This document shows positions 19,397 through 28,662 of a stretch of DNA of 64,000 nucleotides, one piece after another. Source of the DNA: Pelagomonas calceolata (taxonomy: Eukaryota). The stretch's first letter is position 1. Each line of letters starts with the position of its first letter. The notes below the pieces were generated by a model. That model did not search any database and was not told where the DNA came from. It saw nothing but the letters and a program-made list of their open reading frames with translations. The stretch is taken from NCBI GenBank assembly GCA_918797485.1, contig CAKKNE010000003.1, positions 310,001 through 374,000 of the forward strand, given 5' to 3'. The position numbers were made by a program, and so were the translations under genes.

Positions 19397-20476
19397 ATGG
19401 CAGCGATGCATCGCCTCGCTGCCCTCGCTGCTCTGGCCTGCACAGCGAGCGGCCTGACGCTCGACCGCCGAACACTGCTCCGCGGCAGCAGCGCCGCGCT
19501 GGCAGCGCCGTTGCTGCCGGCGCACGCCGCATCCATTCCGACCTGGGACCTCGGCGGCGGCGTCGCGATGCCGACCCTCGCGCTCAACACCGTCGGGCTG
19601 ACCGCGGAGGCGACGGAGCGGGCCGTCAAGTTGGCGGTCGACGCCGGCATCTCCCACGTAGACTTCCATCCGGGCATCGAGCGCGACGGCGTCGCGCGAG
19701 CGCTCAAAAGCCTGCCGCGAGACGCACTCTTTCTGACGACCAAGGTGCGGTCTCCCCAGAATAATCTGGCTTTGACGCCGGCCGACGCCGCGGACCTCGT
19801 CAAGCGGCAACTAGAGGAGGACCGTAAGATTCTGGGAGTCGAGAAGGTTGATATGTGGATGCTTCGGGAAACGCCTAATTGCGACATCATCCAGGCGCAA
19901 TGGCGCGTGCTAGAGGACGCGCAGCGTGCTGGCGTCGTCGGCGCCCTGGGCGTGGTGAACTACTGCGAGAAGCAGCTCGACTGCCTGCTTAACACTGCGA
20001 AAATTAAGCCAGCCCTCGATTATTACTGTTTGCACCCCGGCATGGGCCGGGATGCACACGGCCTCAGGTCCTACGCGGCCAAGCGAGGCGTCAAGACCTT
20101 TGCGTACGGTGCGATCGGCGAGCCGGGACCGTCTCGAGAGTTATTGGAGGGCGATGTGCTGCGGAGAATAGCAGCGAAGTACGGTGTTGGGCCGGCGCAA
20201 GTGGCAGTTCGGTGGAATCTCCAGAACGGCAACGCCGTAAGCGCCCGGCCAACGGCCGAGTTCGGACTCGGCGTCTCGGCATGCCGCGCGGACGGCTCGT
20301 GCGCAAGTGGCCTGCGGGACCGCGCCTTTGCCGTGGCGGGCTTTGCGCTGACGAAGCAGGAGATGCGCGAGATCGACGCTCTCACGGCGCCCGACGCCGT
20401 CCCGTGCCTTTTCTCGAAAGCATGCAATCCCGACCTAGGAACGGGGAACGCCGCGGACCCGCTGCGGAAGACCTAA
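19397..20476 (+). CDS. Aldo-keto reductase family protein, probably plastid-targeted
   Basis: GVAMPTLAL..RDALFLTTKV..ALGVVNY..IAAKYGVGPAQVAVRWNLQ..FALTKQEMREI. Confidence 0.85.
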   Translation: MAAMHRLAALAALACTASGLTLDRRTLLRGSSAALAAPLLPAHAASIPTWDLGGGVAMPTLALNTVGLTAEATERAVKLAVDAGISHVDFHPGIERDGVARALKSLPRDALFLTTKVRSPQNNLALTPADAADLVKRQLEEDRKILGVEKVDMWMLRETPNCDIIQAQWRVLEDAQRAGVVGALGVVNYCEKQLDCLLNTAKIKPALDYYCLHPGMGRDAHGLRSYAAKRGVKTFAYGAIGEPGPSRELLEGDVLRRIAAKYGVGPAQVAVRWNLQNGNAVSARPTAEFGLGVSACRADGSCASGLRDRAFAVAGFALTKQEMREIDALTAPDAVPCLFSKACNPDLGTGNAADPLRKT

Positions 20477-20492
20477 GAAGTTGTCTGTTAAC

Positions 20493-21618
20493 TCAGTCCC
20501 CCCGCCGCCGTCGCCGCCGGGACCGCTCGCGCGACCGCGACCGTTTTCGAGAAGGCTCTGGCGCCGGCGCGGGCGCCGCCGGCGCGCCGTACGGAGCGCC
20601 TGGGAAACCGCCTTGCGGAGGAAAGCTCGGCCGAGGAGGAAATGCAGGCGCGCCCGGCGGCCACGGTAAATTTTGAGGAGGAAAGTTCGGCGGGAAGCCG
20701 CGAGGTGGGAAGCCCTGGCCTGCGTCGTCGAGCGGTGAGGCCATCGACGCGACGTCGTCCCCGCGACCGCGTCGGCTCGATGGCGCGGAGGGTCCACGCC
20801 ATCGACGCGACGTCGTCCCCGCGACCGCGTCGGTTCGATGGCGCGGAGAAGGCGCCGGCACCGCCACGCCATCGACGCGACGCGAAGTTTTGGTTTTCGC
20901 GCAGGAAGAAACCGGGGAAGCCGCGCGGTGGGAAAGCGTTTGGTGGTGGCATGGGCCCGCCCGGCCCGCCCCAGGGCGGCCGAGGCCCACCCATGATCGG
21001 CATCGGTAAGGTGGGAGGTTGAGGAGGACCCTGCTTCAGTAATTCCGCGTGGCGCTCTCGTGCGGCCGCCTGTGCCATCGCCGCGCGCCGCTCCTGCAGC
21101 GACCTTCTCAGAATCAACTGCTGGTCGCGGTACTGGCGCCACGTGTCCTCGCCCATGCCGTAGTTGAAATAATCTGAAGGGTCCGCGTCGGGCCTTAGCC
21201 ATTCTTTGACCTCCAATTCATCAATATTCACGTCAAACGCCGCCAACCTAAAGCACTGGATCTCCCGCGCGGTCTTATCCATCGTTTCTTCACTCACACC
21301 ACCTAACGCTTCCTGCTTGGCCTTCTCGGCATCCAGCTCGACACCTTCACCGTCCCCTATGACGGCCTTGGCCCTCAAAGCTTCCCGTCGCGCTTCCACA
21401 ACTTCTGGGGCATCGGTCTCCTCCGTCTTCTCGCGGACCCAAACGTTGGAGCCGTCCTGGAAGGTCTTGACGCGCGACGCGAGTGCCCTGCCACTGATGC
21501 CTCCGGCCACGTTCGTGTTGCCGCTGTCGATAATAACGACGGGCGGGCCGCGCTTCTTGGGGGCTTCGGCATCTGCCTCGGGCTCCGGGGGCGGCGCGGC
21601 GACGGCTGCGGCGCTCAT
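20493..21618 (-). CDS. FIP1: Pre-mRNA 3'-end processing factor FIP1; exons 21618-20913 and 20719-20493
   Basis: Fip1 motif IDELEVKEWLRPDADPSDYFNYGMGEDTWRQY. The splice gives GFPG|QGFPPRGFP followed by an RS-rich tail. Confidence 0.88.
20720..20912 (-). other. GT-AG intron (193 nt), Introner-derived, with an internal ~60-bp tandem duplication
   Basis: GTTTCTTC followed by TIR-like CTGCGCGAAAACCAAAA. GCCATCGACGCGACG occurs three times, twice within the longer unit ...TCGTCCCCGCGACCGCGTCGG. Ends ACGCAG|G. Confidence 0.82.
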
Positions 21619-21990
21619 GGTTTGTTTGCCTTCGCGCACGTCTGCGCGCTTGTCTGCGCGCCGCGTCTCGCTGTCTGTTGTGTGCAGGGGGCGCGGAGTC
21701 GCTGATCCGCTGTCTCTACGGGCGATGTCGCTTGCGCTCCGTGTTTGCGCTGTTACTGGCGGTCTCTCGCGCTTTTTAGCGTGGTGCGGGCGCACCAATC
21801 GCAGCGGCGGCGGCGCTCGAGCTTGTGTGTAATCTAGTGTGTTACCGTACGCTAGCTTGCTTTGCCGGCCGTCGCAGCCTTTGGGCCCTTACAAGTGCTC
21901 TCGCACATAGCGGCAGCTCTTTACTAATTGCGTACTGCAAGCCGAGAACTCGTGCGGTGGCTGGAACGCATTCGTGCGGCAGGAGCAGCC

Positions 21991-22353
21991 ATGCGCTCGC
22001 GCCTCCTGCGACCACCTGCCGCCGGCACGGCATACGCCTCGTCGGACGACGACGACGCTGACGACGAGGCGGAGACCGGATCGCTGTTCACGAAATGGGC
22101 GCGGGAGATCATTACTTTGAACGTGTGGCTCGGCCCGTTCCGCGTCCCGCGCGCCGTGACCGTTTGCCTCGCATTGCTCACGGGCTGGCGCGGCGGCGTC
22201 GTCGGGCTCGCGGTGTTCGCTTTTGTGGTTGTGCTCTACGCGCTCTTCTCGGCGAGCAGCGGCGCCTACGCGCCAGAGGCTCGCCAGCGCGCGTTCGCGA
22301 AAGAACTGCGACGGGAGGCGCGCGAAAACCGCTGCGAACCGTGCGCCGCATGA
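21991..22353 (+). CDS. Small membrane protein, hypothetical; 3' end uncertain
   Basis: ATG at 21991; acidic patch followed by hydrophobic helices. Confidence 0.5.
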   Translation: MRSRLLRPPAAGTAYASSDDDDADDEAETGSLFTKWAREIITLNVWLGPFRVPRAVTVCLALLTGWRGGVVGLAVFAFVVVLYALFSASSGAYAPEARQRAFAKELRREARENRCEPCAA

Positions 22354-22466
22354 AGCGCCGCGGTGATGGCGTTGAAACGCCAGCACGCCATCGCCGCGAC
22401 GGTGCGTTTTGTAACACGAGAGGCGATGCGAGCGCCGCATAAGAATGTTTGTACTACAGATATTAC

Positions 22467-22934
22467 TCACAGCGTAAACGTCCCGAACGAGGGCCCCTCG
22501 TCCTCGCCGGCCTGCGGCACCTGCGAGTAGGAAGGCACGCCGCCGCCCGCGCGGTATTTGAGCGACACGAGCACGTAGAGGAATGCTGTCAATACCAACA
22601 TGCAGCCCGGCCACACTAATATGGAAGTGAAGCCGAACATCGCCGGCGTGCATGCTAAGTAGAGCGCCGCGCGGATCCAGCCGTGGTGGAAGCTCGTGTC
22701 CTCGATGAGGCGATCTTTTAATTTCAAACACGTGTACGAGTGGCAGTAGAGAGCCGGCAGCTCAATCACACCGACCAACAACCCGCAACACACGGTGTAA
22801 AACGCGGCGAAGGTCTGCCAGCCGCCTTCGTTCATGATCATGCCACCGAGTCCCACGGAGACACAAACTACTGTGGTTAATGCTCCCGATACTCCAGCGT
22901 AGCGGTCCCAGGGCGTGGACTGGAGGAGGTCCAT
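22467..22934 (-). CDS. TVP18/Flower-like Golgi membrane protein
   Basis: Four hydrophobic helices; ELP..C..C and WIRAALYL pattern; ATG at 22934. Confidence 0.6.
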   Translation of the reverse strand: MDLLQSTPWDRYAGVSGALTTVVCVSVGLGGMIMNEGGWQTFAAFYTVCCGLLVGVIELPALYCHSYTCLKLKDRLIEDTSFHHGWIRAALYLACTPAMFGFTSILVWPGCMLVLTAFLYVLVSLKYRAGGGVPSYSQVPQAGEDEGPSFGTFTL

Positions 22935-23289
22935 GACTGCCCTGGAAATTGTGGCTGGCGCTAGACGTGCGTCGTTTGCCGGCCGCACGTGAAAGGGTAG
23001 GTGAGAGGTCTCTTTTAGGGTCCCGCTCGCGACGTCTACTGCCACAGCGTCGCCGTGCAAGGTAGCAACAGCTTGGTCCCGGCTTTTTGCTTGTGTGCTA
23101 GTGTCTTACGACCGCTAGCTCGAGCGCGAGCTGAAATTCAAAAGCACGCAGCCAACAGCTGGTCAGAGGACAAGCATAGACTGCCTGGGTCAGCATCGAT
23201 CGCGCTCTTTCAAAAGCACAAGCGTCGCCGCGTATAGCTAGGCCAAATCCACAGATTAGACACAGCCCCGCTGCCCTGCTCCAGCATCG

Positions 23290-25466
23290 ATGGCCGAGAT
23301 CGTAGATCTGACCGCTGACTCGCCTCCAGACGCACCACAACCAGCAGATGACAGCGCGGTCGTAGCACGCCTCGAGCTCTTCACCGGCGCGAGCGCCGAC
23401 GCCGCGCGCGCCGCGCTGCGAGCCCACGGCAACGACGCCGACGCTGCGGCGGCGGCGTTGCTTGGCTCTATACCGGACGCGCGGGCCACCGACGCCGACC
23501 TCGCCGCTATCCGGCGCCTGCGCGACGAGGAGCGCGCCAGCGCGCCGCCGACGCCGTCGACGAGCGGCGCTGCTGCGCCCACGCCGTCGGTGAAGGAAAT
23601 GAAGGCGGCCATCGCTGCCGCGGGCCTCGCCACCGCCGACCTGCTCGAACGCGCCGACGTCGAGGCGCGCTACGCCGAGGCCCTCGCGCCGGCGGCGAGC
23701 GCCGCCGACCTCGCCGCGATCCGGCGTCTGCGCGACGAGCAGAACGGGTCCATGGCCCGGCAGCTCGCCGAGGCGCGCCGAAAACGCGCCGCGCACCACG
23801 CGTCGCGGCCGCCCCCGTCCGTGACCGGCGAGCTCAAAGTATGTACATTCAACGTCTGGTTCGAGCACGAGGACACGTTTGCCAAGCGCATGGCCGCGAT
23901 CGCGCGCGAGTGCGCCGGGGCTGATATTGTTGGGTTCCAGGAGGTCACAGACGAGTCGTTTCCGTTCCTGGAGGCCGCCCTGAAACGTCAGGGCTTCCGG
24001 GGGCTCCTGAAGCAGGCCGCGCCGGCGCCCTACTACTGCTGCGTCGCCTCGAAGAAGCCGCTGCGTCAAGCAAGGACGCATCACTTCCAACGGTCGATGA
24101 TGGGCCGCGGCGTGCTGCTGGCCGTCGCGTCGTGGGGCGACGTGGACGTCCATGTGGGTGTCGTCCACCTCGAGTCCTTCGTCGGCAAGGAGCACGACGC
24201 GGCCGTGCGCGCGGAACGCAGGCGCCAGCTCGCCGCGGCCGGCGCCGAGCTCCAGGGGCGGGCGGGCACCGGCCTCGCGGTCCTGCTAGGCGACTGCAAC
24301 TGGGACGACAGGGACGGCGCCGTGCCTCTAAACGGTTCGGACTGGCGCGACGCCTGGGAGGAGGCGGGCTACCCGCGGGACGCGCAGTACACGTACGACG
24401 GTCGCGCGAACCGCATGCTGAGCCACCGCTACCAGAACCGCTACGACCGCGTCTTTTTGTTCGACGGTTCGAAGCTTGCACGCGTCGCCGGCTTTGCGCT
24501 CATCGGCACGGCGCGGCTGCCGGACCTGACGATTACGGACCGCCACAAGCGCGTGCTGCCCGCGTACCCCTCGGACCACTTTGGGGCCGTCGCGACGCTC
24601 GCGCCGGCCGGCCAGAAGCCTTCTTCGGCGGCGACGGCGGCGAAACCAGTGGTGGCGGCACCGGCTCCGAAGCCGGCGCCGAAGTCGGCGGCCGCGAGCT
24701 TCTTTGCGCCCCGGACAAAAAAAGCGAAGACGGCCGCAACAGTAAAATACCGCGGCGCGGCGATCCCGGACGGCTGGCAGCTCGTCGACGACGCGCTGCT
24801 CGTCAGGCGCTTTGGAGGGTCTCCGCAGGATGTGAGGCGCCTCGCGGGCTTCGTGCTTGACCAGCGTCGTTTGAACTTTGGCCTTCAAATGTTGGATGGC
24901 GTCGACGGTCGAGAGCACTCCGACCCCTCCGGGACGCCATCGACGCACACAGGATTTCGACGACACGCTGTCGCCGCTCGACTGGGGCCGGCCGGACGCG
25001 TGGTCGCACCTCTACGGCCACGCGCCGCGGGTCATTCGGCAGCTCGCAGCCGACGGCCATGCTATTGTCGTCCTCTCGAACGAGTGCCTCGACCGGTACA
25101 AGCCAGTGCATAAATCAAATTGTCGCGGCACGATCGTGCACCCGACTCACCGGTTAATTTGCGCACAGGTACAAGCGCCTCGACTACCTGGTGAAGAAGA
25201 TGCGCGACAAGTGTTCAAAGATCGGCTCCTGGGCGAACGACGTCGGCGTGCCTGTCCTGGCACTGGTTGCGCTGTCGAAGCAGGACGAGACGAAATACCA
25301 CAAGTCCCAGGGCGACGGCATGTGGCGGAAAGCGTGCGCGGACCGCGGCGTGAGCGGCGGCTTCTACGTGGGCGACGCGGCCGACGACGAGAGCCTGGCG
25401 CGCTTCGCGGGCGTGCCGTTCCACCACGTGAAGGAGTTCTTCGAGCGGATGCACAAGGCGTCCTAG
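23290..25466 (+). CDS. TDP2-like EEP phosphodiesterase fused to a PNKP-type HAD DNA 3'-phosphatase; exons 23290-24852, 24953-25095, 25169-25466
   Basis: UBA-like N-terminus; TFNVW, FQEV, HLES, GDCN, YTYD..RYDRVF, PSDHFG. After splicing: LAGF|DFDDTL, VVLSNE, YHK..GMW, FYVGDAA. Confidence 0.82.
24853..24952 (+). other. GT-AG intron (100 nt) splitting HAD motif I
   Basis: TTC|GTGCTTGA...CGCACACAG|GAT restores AGFDFDDTL. Contains inverted GATGGCGTCGA / GACGCCATCGA motifs. Confidence 0.88.
25096..25176 (+). mobile_element. Mini Introner: element 25104-25168 (65 bp), intron 25096-25168
   Basis: Perfect 8-bp TSD GTACAAGC; TIRs CAGTGCATAAATCAA / TTAATTTGCGCACAG; removal restores the frame. Confidence 0.93.
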
Positions 25467-25489
25467 AGTACTTGTAGTAAGAATGACTT

Positions 25490-26896
25490 TTAATTCTTGC
25501 ACGGCCGGCACGAGATGCCGGTGAAGGGGCCTGAGAAAGTAGACACGGCCCGGCTCTGCGTGATGACGCTCTTCGGGGACGCGGCATCGGCGACCTCCAC
25601 ATACGTGTGCTCGTCCGCGGCGAAGCGCTTGAGCACGCGCCGCGCCGCCGCCACGACGTCGCCCCGCCGCCGCTTGTCGCCGCGGCGCAGGCGCAGCCGC
25701 ACCAAACCGGCGCGGTCTACGGGGTCGTCGCGTAAGTGGATCAACGCAGAACTCTCCACAACCGCGACCTTGCCCAGCTCTTCCTCCAGACCATCAACGG
25801 GGCTTCCTTCGAGCAGCGTCCAGGCGGCCATCTTCCCGACGGGCCACGCGGCCGCGGCGATGGCCAGCGAGAGCAGAATTGACAACGCCGGGTCGAGGTA
25901 GAGACCCAAACCGCGCATGACGCTTCGCGGCAAGAAGCGGTGCCCGTAGATGAGCAGCAGCGCCTCGCCGAGGACAACGAGCGAGTTCGCCGCGTCGCCG
26001 AGGTGGTGCACCACAATAGCGAGCCGTCCCACGTCGAGGGTGGCCGGTGCCGGCGTTGGTTCCTCCTCTTTGACGGGCTCCGGGCACGGGGCACACACCG
26101 CCGCGCCACCGCCGCGGGGCAGGCCCGACGTCGGCGAGAAGACGACCTCGACCGGCCCCGGGATGAGTCCGATGGACGGGCCGCCACCGCACGATGGCCC
26201 GCACATCATCCGCCAGCCGGTGCCCGTCGTGTGGTTGTGGCCGCCGCAGGGCTCCCCCGGGCCGTGGTTGTGCGGGACTCCCGTGTGATCGTGGGGACAG
26301 CCCCCTGGCCCGTGGTGGTGATGATGATGGGGCACCTCGACGCCGCACGCCGCCATGAGCGCGGATACGAGATTGGCGACGAGGCCCATGGCGGACACGG
26401 CGACGAGCGCGCCGAGATCGTCAACGGCCACGGGCTTCCAGAAGCGCACGAGCGCCGTCAGCGCGATCGACAGGCAGATCGCGAGGAGCGCCGCGACGTT
26501 GATGAGCGCGCCGATCGTCGACGCCCGCGCGTAGCCGAAGGGGAGCTGGGCCTTGTCGTATTCTCTTTTATCGTACGACTCCGCGAGTTGCCCCACGAAG
26601 GCGGCCACGGCGTCGCTCAGGTTGTGAAAACCGTCACTTACCAATGTTAATGAAAGGATGGATGTGCCCACCAGGATTTGGGTCGCCGCTAGCACGACGT
26701 TCAGAGCCACGATCCAGCCGAGGTTGCAGCGCTTGACCGCCGGCGCAGTTGTCTCGTCGTCGGCGACGAGGCTTTCTCCGGCCTCGAGGTCGACGCTGTC
26801 GAGCTTGGGCCGCTGTAGCGGTTGCGACGAGGGCGACGCCAAAGCGATCTCGCTTAATTTCTGTCTGTTTTGCATGTGGATGGACTGGATCATCAT
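25490..26896 (-). CDS. Cation diffusion facilitator (ZnT/Zrc1-like zinc efflux transporter)
   Basis: SDGFHNLSD, PFGYARASTIGALIN, His-rich loop, HHLGDAANS, LYLDPALS. Confidence 0.9.
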   Translation of the reverse strand: MMIQSIHMQNRQKLSEIALASPSSQPLQRPKLDSVDLEAGESLVADDETTAPAVKRCNLGWIVALNVVLAATQILVGTSILSLTLVSDGFHNLSDAVAAFVGQLAESYDKREYDKAQLPFGYARASTIGALINVAALLAICLSIALTALVRFWKPVAVDDLGALVAVSAMGLVANLVSALMAACGVEVPHHHHHHGPGGCPHDHTGVPHNHGPGEPCGGHNHTTGTGWRMMCGPSCGGGPSIGLIPGPVEVVFSPTSGLPRGGGAAVCAPCPEPVKEEEPTPAPATLDVGRLAIVVHHLGDAANSLVVLGEALLLIYGHRFLPRSVMRGLGLYLDPALSILLSLAIAAAAWPVGKMAAWTLLEGSPVDGLEEELGKVAVVESSALIHLRDDPVDRAGLVRLRLRRGDKRRRGDVVAAARRVLKRFAADEHTYVEVADAASPKSVITQSRAVSTFSGPFTGISCRPCKN

Positions 26897-26972
26897 TGGT
26901 CACTGTGAGAGCGCTTTCACGGCGCTCGACGCGTCAATCGCAACGACGTCGCGACGTGAGCAGGCAACACGA

Positions 26973-27278
26973 TCACTTTCCTGGGAACTGGTCGGTTTTA
27001 CGGCTCTCGGTGCCGTTCCTTTGACGAAGAGTGATAGTCTTGGATACTGTGAGAGTCTTCACGCGTCTTGAACGAGCAGGCGTGCTATTGGGATGGTAGA
27101 CACTGCAATTTGCGTCGATGTGACCAGACCCCCCTACCACTTTCTCGCCGACCGGGACGGTGACGCTTGCGACCCACGCGTTCGCGTTGGCGTCGTTTTC
27201 CTGGGGCACGCGCCAGTCGACGACGTAGTCCGCCGCCGCCGACGACGCGCAGAGGAGCGCAATAAGGTGTCTTTTCAT
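26973..27278 (-). CDS. Short ORF with a signal peptide; hypothetical or partial
   Basis: MKRHLIALLCASSAAA followed by DYVVDW...; the 3' half looks non-coding. Confidence 0.35.
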   Translation of the reverse strand: MKRHLIALLCASSAAADYVVDWRVPQENDANANAWVASVTVPVGEKVVGGSGHIDANCSVYHPNSTPARSRRVKTLTVSKTITLRQRNGTESRKTDQFPGK

Positions 27279-27678
27279 TGTGGGCGTTTCCAGTCAGCCT
27301 GAGTTTTGTGTCTTCCCGTGACTGATTTCACGCCTACTTTTACGCACGCGTTGATGCTGATCTGTGATGATCTTAAGACGTCCCAGATCAACGAACGGTG
27401 CACGAATGCGGCGAGACTACAGTCGATATGCAATGCCAGCAACTTTTTCACAAAGCTGCCGCGCAAGACGCCGGCTGACTTCAGGGACGCCTCCCAAAGA
27501 GGGCGTTGTGGAGTGATAAGGAGAAATACACAGAGACCTTCTCGTTTGCGGCTAGCGGCTGTAAGACACTAGGACTCACAGAGAGAAAAGACTCTGCCTG
27601 GCTTTGCTCGCATGACTGTGTTGGAGTCCCTTGGGAGTGATCCCAGACAGCTTTCAGCAGCGCTGCCACGATCCAATC

Positions 27679-28137
27679 ATGCCCGCACTGCACAGAGCAC
27701 TCTTGCTCGCACCGATGCTCTCATTCGCATACGAACCACTGTCGCGCCGCCGCATCGCTGGACTAGCGGCCGCCTCACTTGCACCACGCGTTGCGCGCGC
27801 GGATGAACCTGCTGTAGATGCAGAAATGCTTGCGAACATCCAGAAGTCGCGCGACGCTTGGAAGACGAACGCCGCGAGGCGGGGGTTCGCGCTTGAGGCC
27901 GGCGCGTCGATGCCGTTCGTCAAGGAAGGCACGGTCGGCGCCCCGGACCGGTCTGCACCCTCGACCTTCGGCGCGCCGCGCCCAAAGAGCAAGCGCGAAA
28001 TCCGCAAGGAGGCGCTCGCCGAGGCCGCGGCGTCGGGCCTGCCCGACGGCTGGGTCGAGGTCACGGACGACGCGGGCCGCGTGGCCTTCTACGGCAACGT
28101 GAAGACCGGCGAGCGGCAGTCCGAGCGGCCGGGCTAG
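27679..28137 (+). CDS. Small protein with targeting peptide and C-terminal WW-like domain
   Basis: LPDGWVEVTDDAGRVAFYGNVKTGERQSERP; N-terminal signal plus RR motif. Confidence 0.65.
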   Translation: MPALHRALLLAPMLSFAYEPLSRRRIAGLAAASLAPRVARADEPAVDAEMLANIQKSRDAWKTNAARRGFALEAGASMPFVKEGTVGAPDRSAPSTFGAPRPKSKREIRKEALAEAAASGLPDGWVEVTDDAGRVAFYGNVKTGERQSERPG

Positions 28138-28662
28138 GGCCGTCGACGCTAGCTGTGAGTAGGCATTTCTTGGTAACCGCCGCGTCGATGGCGTCGAGGG
28201 AGTCCTCACACCTGCCCGCCCGAGTCCCGGGCACACAGAGGGCACACAGGGATGCGAGGCGCGCCCGCGGCTCGACGGCCGAGCCTCATTTTGGTTCCTC
28301 TGTCCATTGAGGAGTCCCGCACGATCACCGGACGTCTCCGCACGACTCGCGGAGGCGTTCCGAAGGGCCGCCCGATTTCACAAAATCGAGAGGCAGCTCT
28401 CAAAGCGCGAAGGCGGGAAGCTCCATATAGCCGCATAAATACTCCGCGCGACAGTAGCGGGCGCTGGTGGGGCTGCTGTCAACCTGTGCGACGAGCTGTG
28501 AGCCGCGCAGCGCGACCGCGTACCGCTAGGCGCTCAAATAGCCGCGAGGCGCGAAGCACAGCCCAGCCGCATAGCCGCGCAGAGGGCGAGCCACGCCGCT
28601 CCAGCGCTTCTCCGCGCTCGTAGCAGTGCCCAAAACAAACGAGCAGCGACTCAAACAGCGCG

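Noticed and set aside
22341..22422. Possible intron with GATGGCG / CACGCCATCG motifs at the end of the 21991 gene
   Set aside because: It has a GT donor and core-like motifs but no CACAG/CGCAG acceptor and no protein motif to validate a junction.
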